Part shown: piece by piece, positions 50,708 through 63,264 of the stretch
Position numbering within the stretch: position 1 is the stretch's first letter
Layout of the letters: each line of letters starts with the position of its first letter
From: Chiloscyllium plagiosum
Taxonomy: Eukaryota
Assembly: GCF_004010195.1 (NCBI RefSeq)
Contig: NC_057711.1
Coordinates: 77,722,925-77,786,924 of the forward strand
Reading direction: 5' to 3'
DNA length: 64,000 nt
Notes under the pieces: model-generated
What the model was told of the DNA's origin: nothing
Databases searched by the model: none
What the model saw: only the letters and a program-made list of their open reading frames with translations
Translations under genes and position numbers: made by a program

Positions 50708-51299
50708 GTATGTTTTTATGACTCGAGTAACATATTAATGTAAATGACATTAATTTTCTCCTTGGGCTATGACTGAAATTGTGATTGCATGTAGAATACT
50801 AAAAGTTAAATTTAACAGCATATTTGTTTTGGTAACTATGTACAATTAATTCTTTTAGAAATTTTATCTTGTTGTCTTTTAGGAATTTTAATTTCAAGGG
50901 AGATTACTAACCACTTGTAGGAATCTTTGACAATGCTCATCACTGATTTCTTAAACCCATCCATCATGGCTGATTAACCAGGAATTCTATTTAACAAGCA
51001 AACTTCCATTCATCTGTTGCTCTATTCACATTATCCTTATTACCTCCCAAACTCCTCACGGTTAGAATTAAAATCATGCACCCATTTACAAATTTGTCTG
51101 TGATCTCACTCTGTCCTTTCAAAATTTCTTTTAAGTCTCTAAGTAGCAATTGTCTAGCAACTTGATTATTTTGATTTTGTGCAAATCTCCCAGTTTCCCT
51201 CCTTTTCTCTGAAGCTATTGTGTTAGTTACCCCACCCATCTCATCTCTTCAGTGAACACTATTCTCGTTCCATAACCTGACTGCTGCCAAATGGCAATT

Positions 51300-51900
51300 T
51301 TTTTTAATTGTTCATCGTGTCTGTGCACCGTCGACAAGGTCAGCCCATCCCTATTTGCTTTGAGGATGATAGTGAGCCATTTGAACCACTGAACATGCAG
51401 CTATCCATCTCATTGAAACCACTTGTGAAAATACCCACATGTGGTTCCAAAGGTGGTTCTAGGTTTTTGTTTTGTTGATGATGAAGGCATAGCAGTCAGG
51501 ATATTATATGGCTTGTAAGGGAACTTGCTGCTCAAAGTGTTCCACGTGCTTATGCTCTTAGGTGGTAAAGGTTACGGGCTTGCCAAAGATGTACTTAAAG
51601 GAAGCTTGCCAAGTTGATGTAGTACATCTTGCAAGTAAAAAAAAACACTGCCACAATTTTTTTTGGTGCAGGGAGTAAATGAATTAACTGGTGAACTGCT
51701 GATCAATGGAGATGCTATATTCTGAATGGTGTCAATCTGCTTGAGTGTTATTGGAGTTGCTGCTATCCAGATAAGTGGAGAGTATTCTTTCACTTTATGA
51801 ATTGTGTTGTAAGATGGTGACAAGCTTTGGGGAATCAGGAGATTAATTACCACAGAACTCCCAAATTTTAACCCTGCTCTTCTAGCCAGTGTTTGAACAA
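51300..51900 (-). mobile_element. Degenerate non-LTR retrotransposon fragment
   Basis: LLIPQSLSPSYNTIHKVKEYSPLIWIAATPITLKQIDTIQN on the minus strand. Confidence 0.7.
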
Positions 51901-52534
51901 TTTGGTTTACAGTGGTAGATAAACAGTAGTGAATCTTCAACATGAAGAGGCGCTTGTCTTCAAAAGATGTGGTTTCCTGCATAATAGCAATCAGGTGTAA
52001 GTCACATCAGCTATAAGACATTGTTCCTAAGACCTGGATATAGTATTTGACCGCTTCAAGATCAAGACCTAGTCACCTGATTTCTTGCCCAGTGATTTTG
52101 GAGCTCAGTACAGTCACCAGTGTTAACTCTTTCACAATAATTACCTGAAAACAATATTTCAGTTACCAGAGGTCACAGATATAAGGTGATTGGTAGAAAC
52201 AGTGAAGAGTTGATGAGGAAAACATTTTTCATCCAGAGAAAGGTGAATGTCTGAAATTTGTTACTGCAGTTTGGTGGTAGAGGCAAAAAAATACTCAACT
52301 TGTTTGAAAAGGATTTGCAAATTAACTTGCTTCAGGTGCACACTCAAGGCTGTGCATAATGTATTGGCAAATAGGCTGAGAATTGGCAGCTGCTTTATCC
52401 ACACAGGGCAAATATGAAATGCTGAATTGCCACTTGCTATCACATACCTTAATGGTCCTAACATCTATCCAAGTTTTTCCCCCCAAAGTTAACATTTATT
52501 ACATTCATGTATGTAATTACATATATTACTATCC

Positions 52535-52569
52535 TACCTGATGAAGAAGCAGCACTTCGAAAGCTAGTG
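52535..52569 (+). ncRNA. Minimal type I hammerhead ribozyme motif (PLE-tail derived; module extends to about 52620)
   Basis: uac CUGAUGA a GAAG cagca CUUC GAA AGCU A gug: intact core, 4-bp stem II, palindromic stem III and stem I uac/gug. Confidence 0.7.
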
Positions 52570-55500
52570 CTTCTAAATAAACCTGTTGGACTATAACCTG
52601 GTGTTGTGTGAATTTTAACATCTTCTCCCAGGCAATTCTTTATCTTCAAAGTCCTGTCTGCTACTGCAGTTTGTTCTGCAGATGGTTTTGCTGTCCGCAT
52701 GACTTTAGTTAAATTCTGCAGTGAGCTCAAGTGGAACATACTGTTCATTCTTGTCCATTTTTAGTACTACTTGCAATAGTTGCTGTCATCCAAAGGTCTT
52801 TTGTGGTGATAAGTATAGAAAGCATTTCCACATACTGTATAGTTGCAGATTTTGTTTTTATTGACTGTGTAACACAAGTTTTATTTGTGTCAACATAGGT
52901 AATGCCATTGGGTTTTCTTTTTGAGTACTGCCTTGAGTTTAGGAAGCCCGACGAACTCAACTATGGGTTGCCCTTTCCCCAGTTGGCTGACAACAACTTG
53001 TTGTTAGATCAGTTCTCTCAACTACTTCTCTTTGAATAATCTTTTCAAAATGCTGTTTCTCTTGACCTGTTTGCTGCCTTTTCGAGCAAGTTGTAAACCC
53101 TACCTATTTGTCTGTCTGCATGTCCTTGTGTATGTGTACATTAGGGGCGTTTGTAAGGGGATTAGAGCTTTATCCATTCGTGTTATACATTGACTGTTGA
53201 TAATTGTTTACCTGTAGGAAGAGTCTATTTATTTCTAATTCATAGTAAATCTTGTTCAATACAGACACCTGGTCCATGCTTTCTGTCAACTTGGTCTAAA
53301 TCGATTAGTAAATTTGGAAATTTTGTGTACTTTGAAATCTTTAACTTTTGAAGCATATCTTGGAAGTGGCAGGCTTGATTTCAAACATGCCAGCTAAGTG
53401 AAGTATGACAATTAGGGAGCCATTGCCCCAAAAGATACTTGGGGGTACTTTGTCCATTGGGCCATGAACCTCATGGTTGTTACTAGTTCCTGGCCACATT
53501 GTGTCATTGCTGTCTTTCTGGGGCATGTAGCACCATTCCTGCCTGCTGCTGTATTCATGGTCTGCCTGGGCTACTGCTAGGTGGTACTGCTCTTTGTGCT
53601 GGCTGCATGCTCAGATGCAATTCATGCATTCTTCCAACAGCTGTGGGCTGCAGCCTCCTCTGTGGGCCCCACTATTTTGGCCATTGCCTCAGGTGTAACG
53701 GGTATGCTGCCAAGTTCCAAAGTCATCAGCATTCCAAAGGCCAGGGAAAGAAAGGGAGCTGGTGAGTTCACAAGTGGTTTCAATGAGATGGATAGCTGCA
53801 TGTCCAGTGTGTTCTGGAGGAGGTGGTGGCCTGTTGGGAAAGAGGAAAGATCCCGTAAGGCTATGGCGTGTGTGGGGGCAGGCGGCAGCTGCTTTGGGCA
53901 CAGTGTTGCAGTGAGGCATTGAGCAGAGCTACAAAGAGGAATGCTTAGAACAGCCTCAAGTCTTGAAAGAAGAGGAATTTGTGCCAAAATGATGCCAACT
54001 GAATCACTTACTATTCTGCTGTACACGTAATTACACACTTCTCCTCGCTTTGAGGTTTTGGAAAGAATAATTTAAACCAGTGCTAAAGTAAAACAGCACT
54101 AAACTGGATGATTGGACTGACTCTACATGCACAAAGTTAGTGTTTTATTTTGGTCATACATGCTGGTGAGCCTCTTTATTTTTTGTTCCACGGTGCTGAT
54201 AACTGACTCTTAGTGCCTGCTTTATGCCAACATTTATATTTATTTGTTATGTGTCTTTCAAGTTTTATAACTTATAAAATTGATCTATTATAAGTTGTTC
54301 TCGAGGTTGTCCTTCTCTCAGGTTTCTCTGTGATTCTTTCTCATTTTGGCTTCCAGCACAGTCTGAATAGCTTTCTGCAAAGTCTAATCTTCTGTTAAGA
54401 AGTCTAAATCTAACAGACTCATGAAAAATTTCAGCAGCCAATCTTTTGGATTTGCATCTTTTGAATTCTAATATCAAAATTTAGTTTTCCACGAGTCTCA
54501 AGAGATTTTTTAGTGAAATTATGATTTCTCTGGATGTTGAACTCGTCTGTTAAATTTTGCCCTTTGGGAAGTTTTATTTATTCAGATTAAAGTAATTGTC
54601 AAAATCTCAGAACTTATTCAAAAGTATGAGTTTTATGTTTTGATAATTTTATAACTTACTCTTGATCACTGTTACAAAACAAAACAAAAAATGCGAGAGA
54701 AACTCAGCAGGCCTGGCAATATCTATGGAGAGACAAAATGTTAATGTTTTGAGTCCAGTGTCTCTTAAGAACTGAACGCATCTAGGAAAAACTGGTATTT
54801 ATGCTGTTGATGAGGTGGGGGGGGGGTGGAGGTGAGTGGATAGGTGGAGCCCATAGTTTTGGGGTGGGGGGTTGGGGAAGAGAGGGGGAAAACATTAGGC
54901 AGATAAAGAGATTGTTGATAGTAACCAGGGAAGAATAATAGAATCATCAAATTTATGGTACAGTAGGAGACTATTCAACCCATATTGTCTGTACCAGCTC
55001 CCAAGCAATCTGTCCCACTATCTTTGTAGTCCTCTAACTTCATCCCTTTCAAATATATGTGCTGCTTTCCTTGGAAACCACTCTTCCAGGCAGCACATTC
55101 CTAATCCCATCAATTTTGAGTAAATAAGTTTCTCCTTGTCTCAGCTCTTTTGCTGACAATGTTAAAGTTGTGAAACCTAATTACTGACATACTACTGAAA
55201 ATAGAACATTTTTCTTTACCCTGTCAAAATGTTCATAATTTTGAACTTCCCAGTAAGTTCACCTCTTAATCATCTCTTTTGCTAGGATAACAAGCCCAAT
55301 CTCTCTAATCTTTCCTTGTTTCTAAAATCTTTCATTCGTGGTATTATTCCAGTAAACCTCTTTTGAATTTTGTCCAGGACTTTAACATCCTTCCTTAAAT
55401 AAGGTGCCCAGAACTGAACACACTACTCCAGATATCGTCTGACCAATAGTTTGTGGAAATGTAGCATCACTTGATATTCTATGCCTCCACTTACAAACCC

Positions 55501-56429
55501 AATGATCCTATAAGCCTATTGTTTCAACTTGCCTGGCCACCTGCAGAGAATCATGCACATGAACTCAAGATCTCTCTGCTTCTGTACTCACCTCAAAATT
55601 GTACCATTTGAGTCAGTATTGTCTTTCCATGTTTCTTCTACCAAAATGCATTACCTCACATTTCTAATCATTGTATTTCATCTGCAAACTGTCTGCCCAT
55701 TTGGCTAACTTGTCAATGCCCCTCTGAAGTCAATCACCATCATCCTCACAATTCACTATTCTCTCACTTAGTTTCAGCTGTAAATTTAGATATTTTGCCC
55801 TCAACACCCATCTCCAAGTCATGTATATAAATCAGAAAAAGCAAGGGTCTCAATACACCACTTCCAATCTGAGATATGCCCAGCTGTACCTACTGTTTGT
55901 TTCCTATCCTTTAGCGAACTTCTAATCTTTGCTGTCAAGGGTTTATCAACTCCAAACATTTTTAATTTGTTCACCAACCTGCCATGAGGCAATGTATTAA
56001 ATGCTTTCTGACAGTCCAAATGTACAACATTCACAACACTTTCCTCATCTACTCTGTGTGTCACCTCGTTGAATCGTTTGTCAGACATGACCTGCTCTTG
56101 ACAAAAACATGTTGACTGTCTAGTATTAATGTATTTTTCTGTTTGTGTATATTTTACTTATCCTGTATTATGTCTTCCAACAATTTTCCATGACTGATGA
56201 CAGACTAACATGGTTTCCTGGGTTATCCTTTGTCCCTTTCTTAAACAATGGTGTCACATTTACAATACTCCAGTTCCCCAGGACGACTCATGTGTTCAGA
56301 GAAGCCTTGAAAATGTCTGTCAACAACACCACGATTTGCTTCCTGAACACGCTCAGCAATCTAGGATGCATTACATCAGGGTCTGGCGACTTCTGTACCT
56401 GGAGTGCTGCCAGCCTGCCTAGCACTTGT

Positions 56430-56600
56430 GGGTGGCACAGTGGTTAGCCCAAAAAATGTGCAGGTTAGGTGAATTGGCCATGCTAAATTGCCCGTAGTGT
56501 TGGGTGTAGGGGAATGGGTGAATAGCTCTTCGGAAGGTCGGTGTGGACTTGTTGGGAAGGTCCGAAGGGCCTGTTCCAAGCTGTAAGTAATCTAATCTAA
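56430..56600 (+). mobile_element. Internally deleted HE1/V-SINE-type SINE
   Basis: ggtggcacagtggttag joined to gtgcaggttaggtgaattggccatgctaaattgccc; tail taatctaatctaa. Confidence 0.85.
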
Positions 56601-56761
56601 AGTCCCATTCACCTCTCCTTTATCAATCACTACACTGATCAGTTGCTCAGTGCCTGTGTTTTTAACTAGGTCATTGTCACCTCCTTCTGATTTGGTGAAG
56701 ACAAAAGTGAAATATTTAGTATCTCTGCTGTATCCCTTGCTTTAGTGAGCAGCTCTCCCAG

Positions 56762-58730
56762 ACCATAGAGAACCTCATCACCTCAGGAGATCTCCCACCC
56801 ACAGCTTCTAACCTCATAGTCCGGGAACCCCGCACTGCCCAGTTCTACCTCCTTCCCAAGATCCACAAGCCTGACCACCCTGGCCAACCCATTGTCTCAG
56901 TATGCTCCTGCCCCACTGAACTCATCTCTACCTACCTCGACACTGTCCTATCCGGCGTAGTCCAGGAACTCCCCACATACATTCGAGACACCACCCATGC
57001 CCTCCACCTCCTCCAAGACTTTTGTTTCCCAGGCCCCCAACGCCTCATCTTCACCATGGATATCCAATCCTTCTACACCTCCATCTGCCATGACCAGGGC
57101 CTCCAAGCTCTCTGTTTCTTCCTCTCCCGATGTCCCCAACAGTACCCTTCCACCGACACTCTCATTTGTTTGGCCGAACTGGTCCTCACCCGTAACAATT
57201 TCTCCTTCGAATCCTCCCACTTCCTCCAGACCAAAGGGGTAGCCATGGGCACCCATACGGGTCCCAGCTATGCCTGTCTCTTTGTTGGCTACGTAGAACA
57301 GTCCATCTTCTATAGTTACACCAGCACCACTCCCCACCTCTTCCTCCGCGACATTGATGACTGAATCGGTGCCACCTCGTGCTCCCGCGAGGAGTTTGAG
57401 CAAATCATCAACTTCACCAACACATTTCACCCTGACCTTAAATTTACCTGGACCATCTCTGACACCTCCCTCCCCTTCCTGGACCTCTTCATCTCCATTA
57501 ATGACGACCGACTTGACACCAACATTTTTTACAAACCCACCGACTCCCACAACTACCTGGATTACACCTCTTCCCACCCTACCTCCTGCAAAAATGCCAT
57601 CCCGTATTCCCAATTCCTCCTCCTCTGCCGTATCTGCTCCCAGGAGGACCAATTCCACCACAGAACACACCAGATGGCCTCATTTTTTAGAGACCGCAAT
57701 TTCCCTTCCCACGTGGTTAAAGATGCCCTCCAACGCATCACGTCCATATCCCATACCTCCGTCCTCAGACCCCACCCCTCCAACCGTAACAAGGACAGAA
57801 CCCCCCTGGTGCTCACCTTCCACCCTACCAACCTTCGCATAAACCAAATCATCCGAAGACATTTCCGCCACCTCCACTTGGACCCCACCACCAGGGATAT
57901 ATTTCCCTCCCACCTCTTTCCGCCTTCCGCAAAGACCGTTCCCCCTGTGACTACCTGGTCAGGTCCACACCCCCCCAACAACACACCCTCCCTTCCCCTG
58001 CCACCGCAGGAATTGCAAAACCTGCGCCCACACCTCCTCCCTCACCTCCATCCAAGGCCCTAAAGGAACGTTCCACATCTATCAAAGATTTACCTGCACA
58101 TCCACCAATATCATTTATTGTATCCATTGCTCCCGATGCAGTCTCCTCTACATTGGGGAGACTGGACACCTCCTAGCAGAGTGCTTTAGTGAACATCTCT
58201 GGGACACCCGCACCAATCAGCCACACCGCCCTATGGCCCAACATTTCAACCCTCTCCCCCCACCTCCTTCACTGCCGCTCCCTCACCACTCGACGATGGA
58301 GGAAGAACGCCTCATCTTCCGCCTCGGAACACTTCAACCCCAGGGCGTCAATGTGGACTTAACCAGTTTCCTCATTTCCCCTTCCTCCACCTCACCCCAG
58401 TTCCAAACTTCCAGCTCAGCACCGTCCCCATGACCAGTCCTAACTGCCTATCTTCCTTTCCACCTATCCACTCTACCCTCCTCCCTGACCTATCACCTTC
58501 ATCCCCACCCCCACTCACCCATTGTATTCTACGCTACTTTCTCCCCACCCCCACCCTCCTCTCATTTATTTCTCCACCCTTCAGGCATTCTGCCTGTATT
58601 CCTGATTAAGGGTTTTTGCCCGAAAGTGGATTTCCCTGCTCCTCGGATGCAGCCTGATTTGCTGTGCTTTTCCAGCACCACTCTAATCCAGAATCTGGTT
58701 TCCAGCATTTGCAGCCCATTGTTTTTACCT
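56762..58730 (+). mobile_element. Penelope-like retroelement (Neptune-type), 5'-truncated: RT, GIY-YIG endonuclease and hammerhead tail
   Basis: FYLLPKIHKP, MDIQSFYTSI, KGVAMGT, FLRDIDD, FLDL, KPTDSHNYLDYTSSHP and FTCTSTNIIYCIHCSRCSLLYIGETG; tail cctgattaagggtttttgcccgaaag. Confidence 0.95.
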
Positions 58731-60739
58731 TGTTCCTTATGGGCCCCACTCTATCTTTCAGTAATCTTTTACAATTAATATGTTTGAAGAGCATTTTCTA
58801 TGATTGTTTTAGTGTAGCCTAGCATCCTTTCCTCATGCTTCCTCTTAGCCGCCTTTATTTCAGCCTTAGCCTGCATTCTGCATTTGAGATACTCTTCCTA
58901 ATTTCTATTGTTATTCTGATAAGCATCATATGCCTCCTTTTTCTTCATTTTCTCATCAACATCCCTAGTCATTCAGGATACTCTAGCCTTAGATATCCTG
59001 TATTTATTTCTCATGGGGGTGTCCATAGTTTGCACCCTGTTCATCTCCTTTTTGAAACTGTCCCCTTTCTCAGCCACTGTTTTATTCATCAACAACAAAA
59101 GCAGAAATTGCTGGAAGAGCACAGCAGGTCTGGGAGTATCTGTGAAGAGAAATCAGTTAACATTTCGGGTCCGGTGATCCAACCTCAGAACTGGGTGCAG
59201 CTCTGAGCCAGCATGATGCTGGCTCACTCCAGTACTATTGCATCATTTTTCCCCTTCTGTGTCCCACACTCTACCTTTTGGCCAGTCTACCCAAGGGTAA
59301 TAGAAATCACCAACTATCACAACCCCAATTGTCCTGCAGACTTCTATAATCTGCCTACAAATCTTCTACTTCCCACTATTTGGAGATCTGTAATAAATAC
59401 CCAACAAGGTCACTGCTCCCTTATTGTTCCTCAACTCCAAGCATAAATTCTAATTCGGGAACTAGATCTTGTTCAAAGGCAATGACACTATATTTTTGAC
59501 TAAGACTGCTACGTGATCTCCCCTTTTACTACCCTGTTTCAACTAAAATGCATAAAACCTTTTCTGGTTTAAGCTATGTTTCTGTTATTGCTACTATGTC
59601 ATATCCCCTTCGGAGCAATTTCTGTTTCCAGTTCACTATACTCTGTGTATTTGCATAAAAACAGTTTAAAATAACATTAAAAGAAAACTCAGCCCATATC
59701 TCATTCTTGCCCAGTGGAAAGCAATCACCTTCTTTGTTCACTGTTAACACTCAAGCCTTCCCTCACTTCCTTTTCCCCATCGAATATCTTCTTTCTGCCC
59801 TCTCGAGTACTTCTCAAACTAGGCTATTTTGTCAACCCACCTTCTCTGCCTTCCAAGTTTAAATCCACCCCCACTACACTCTTCACACAAGATAAGAGTT
59901 CATGTTCTGCTCAGCTGAAGCCCATCTCTTCTGAATAGCTTTCTCCTTTCCCAAAAATTATCCCAGTGTCCCCAAAAATCTAACCCCTCCCTTGTACACC
60001 ACCACTCAAGTGGTGTTTACCTCCCTGATTTGCCTTTGCCCAAATAGTGTGAAGCTCGTGGTATAGGTGGTATTTCTGAGATTACTGCTCTGGAGTTCCT
60101 GCATTTCAACCTACTCCCTAACTCCTGAAACTGATCCTGCAAAACCTCCAACCTACCCCATCCTATGTTGTTGGTTCCTAAATGAATCACGAACCACATC
60201 CACTGGTTGTTCACCCTGTCTTTCCAGAATTTATCAATTTGTTCGTTACATCCTGTACCCTTGCACTGGGAGGATCAAACCATGCTGGAATTATGATCTC
60301 AGCTGCAAACTAGTCTGTCTATCTCTTGAACTATTGAGTCACCCATAGCTTCTACCTTGCTGATCTGTCTACCAACCTTTCCTCCTTTTCTCAGAGTAAC
60401 CTTAGGTAATATGGTGCTGTGGTTTTTCATTGAGTTATCCATCATTGAGTCAGTTATGAGGATCACTAACAGGCAGCTTGAAGGAATTTTGGGTTTCTTG
60501 AATCTGCCATCTTCTTTACTTTCAGCAAATGGTCGTCCATTCACCTGCCATCTCTGCATTCCTCTTTGCTTGCGTCTTGTGCGTGAATCATATGACTGAC
60601 CAGGAATCTTTCCTCTTCTTGTACAGAAGCTCGATGGTGCACATTATCACCTATGCGTGGGTGAAAATGATTTGGCAGTGTTGAAAGCAATCTATGTCAT
60701 AGCGGATCTGAAGTTTGTGGGTGGTAAAAACATGGAAGG

Positions 60740-61790
60740 AAGTATTCAAGCTCTGTTGAATTCACAATCAAGTCCTGAAGGTTGCGAAGTCCCCAAGAGG
60801 AAGATCATTCAGCTTGTGCTGAGCCTTGCTGGAGCACTCCAGAAGGCCTGAGACAGAAAAGTGGCATGGGAGCATGATGTGTTGAAGTGGCTGGCAGCTT
60901 GGCGTCATTTTTACAAAGAGAACGTAGGAATTCCACAAAGCAGTCACTCAGTCTATATTTTGTCTCCCCAGTATAGAAGCGACTGTATTGTCAGCAATAG
61001 ATATAGTAGACTAGAAGTTCAGGTAAATTGTTCCTTCAGTTGGAAGATGTGTCTGGTATCTTTGGTAATGCGATGGGAGCAAGTAAACAGACAAATGTTG
61101 CACTCTGTGATCCCAAAAGAATGGGGAGGTATGAGAGATGTTGGGAGTGGAGGAGAAATGGATTAGGGTGTCCGAGAGGCAATGGTCCCTGCGGAAGACT
61201 AACCAGCGAGGGGTCGTGGCATGCCGCTGGAAATGGTAGAAACAGTGGCTTATGATCCTTTGGATGAGGAGACTGGTCGAGTGGAAAATGAGAACCATGT
61301 GGGAGGAAGAGAATGGGGAGGACAGATCTGCAGAAAATGTATTGGACACTGTGAAGTGTTCTGTCAACTAGGGTACCTAGGAATCCTTGGTTGAGTAAAA
61401 GGCTGGATACCTCTGAGACTCCCTTGCAACTGGTGACATCATCAGAACAAATACAATGGTGATGGCAAAATTAGGGTCGTCAAGGGAAAAGTCCAGGCAA
61501 CAATGGAAGTCAGTGGTTTTATAAAGGAGATCGATGGCGGTCCTATTCCCTAAAATGAAAACCAACGTCAAGGAAGGAAGAAATTAGATAGACCAGGTAA
61601 AGGTAAGAGCAGGTTGGAAAGGTTTTTGAAAGTTCTGAGTGAGAGCGCGAAGAAGCTCCAATGGTGTCATTGATGTACTGGAGATAGATTGGAACAAGAA
61701 GTGTTCCACGCATCCCACTAAGAGACTGGCATAACTGGGGTCTATGCGGGTACCCATAGCTATACCTTTGACACATATGATCTCAGCTGA
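60740..61790 (-). mobile_element. Degenerate Penelope-like element fragment
   Basis: CVKGIAMGTRIDPSYASLLVG, LLYKTTDFH..LD and GIY-YIG remnant YTGET on the minus strand. Confidence 0.8.
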
Positions 61791-63245
61791 TAGAGTCATA
61801 GAGATGTACAGCAAGGAAACAGACCTTTCGGTCCAACCCATCCATGCCGACCAGATATCCCAACTCAATCTAGTCCCACCTGCCAGCACCCGGCCCATAT
61901 CCCTCCAAACCCTTCCTATTCATATACCCATCCAAATGCCTCTTAAATGTTGCAATTGTACCAGCCTCCACCACATCCTCTGGCAGCTCATTCCATACAC
62001 GTACCACCCTCTGTGTGAAAAAGTTGCCCCTTAGGTCTCTTTTATATCTTACCCCTCTNNNNNNNNNNNNNNNNNNNNNNNNNNNNNNNNNNNNNNNNNN
62101 NNNNNNNNNNNNNNNNNNNNNNNNNNNNNNNNNNNNNNNNNNNNNNNNNNNNNNNNNNNNNNNNNNNNNNNNNNNNNNNNNNNNNNNNNNNNNNNNNNNN
62201 NNNNNNNNNNNNNNNNNNNNNNNNNNNNNNNNNNNNNNNNNNNNNNNNNNNNNNNNNNNNNNNNNNNNNNNNNNNNNNNNNNNNNNNNNNNNNNNNNNNN
62301 NNNNNNNNNNNNNNNNNNNNNNNNNNNNNNNNNNNNNNNNNNNNNNNNNNNNNNNNNNNNNNNNNNNNNNNNNNNNNNNNNNNNNNNNNNNNNNNNNNNN
62401 NNNNNNNNNNNNNNNNNNNNNNNNNNNNNNNNNNNNNNNNNNNNNNNNNNNNNNNNNNNNNNNNNNNNNNNNNNNNNNNNNNNNNNNNNNNNNNNNNNNN
62501 NNNNNNNNNNNNNNNNNNNNNNNNNNNNNNNNNNNNNNNNNNNNNNNNNNNNNNNNNNNNNNNNNNNNNNNNNNNNNNNNNNNNNNNNNNNNNNNNNNNN
62601 NNNNNNNNNNNNNNNNNNNNNNNNNNNNNNNNNNNNNNNNNNNNNNNNNNNNNNNNNNNNNNNNNNNNGATCTAAGCTTGCTAATCAGTCTCCCATGGGG
62701 AACCTTGTCGAACGCCTTACTGAAGTCCATATAGATCACATCTACTGCTCTGCCCTCATCAATCTTCTTTGTTACTTTATCAAAAAACTCAATCAAGTTT
62801 GTGAGACATGATTTCCCACGCACAAAGCCACGTTGACTATCCCTAATCAGTCCTTGCCTTTCCAAATACATGTACATCCTGTCTCTCAGGATTCCCTCCA
62901 ACAACTTTTCCACCACCGAGGTTAGGCTCACTGGTCTATAGTTCCCTGGCTTATCCTTACCACCATTCTTAAACAGTGGCACCACGTTTGCCAACCTCCA
63001 GTCTTCCGGCACCTCACCTGTGACTATCGATAATACAAATATCTCAGCAAGAGGCCCAGCAATCACTTCTCTAGCTTCCCACAGAGTTCTTAAGTACACC
63101 TGATCAGGTCCTGGGGATTTATCCACTTTTAACTGTTTCAAGACATCCAGCACTTCCTCCTCTATAATCTGGACATTTTGCAAGATGTCACCATCTATTT
63201 CCCTACAGTCTATATCTTCCATAGCCTTTTCCACAGTAAATGTTA
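61790..63245 (-). mobile_element. Young CR1 LINE spanning an assembly gap
   Basis: KSPGPDQVY..NVVPLFK..PGNYRPVSLTSVV..YMDFSKAFDKVPHGRL, then after the gap RDLRGNFFTQRVV..EGYGPGAGRWD and tail. Confidence 0.95.
62059..62668. other. Assembly gap (610 N)
   Basis: Run of n characters. Confidence 1.
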
Positions 63246-63264
63246 TTACTAGACAAATAAAACA

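Larger units (their letters stand above)
54938..60600 (-). mobile_element. Old, nearly full-length CR1 LINE (ORF1 esterase plus ORF2) with nested SINE and PLE insertions
   Basis: 3' tail near 54940; RT motifs VVHLDCQKAFNTLPHGRLVNKL (55819-56088) and KSPDPDVMHPRLL; ORF1 SGNH motifs MGDSIV (about 60340) and VIHLGTNNIG..FQELGSRLK (60017-60214). Outer boundaries are approximate. Confidence 0.75.

Noticed and set aside
53341..54040. GC-richer block with overlapping ORFs, possibly a Harbinger/PIF transposon remnant
   Set aside because: Only a faint resemblance (KVPPSIFWGNGS); no DDE motif or TIRs that I could support.
56948..57670. 240-aa Gly/Val/Glu-rich ORF on the minus strand
   Set aside because: It is the antisense shadow of the C-rich PLE RT coding strand.
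61870..63234. 454-aa ORF
   Set aside because: It reads through 610 N; it is two CR1 ORF2 pieces, not a gene.
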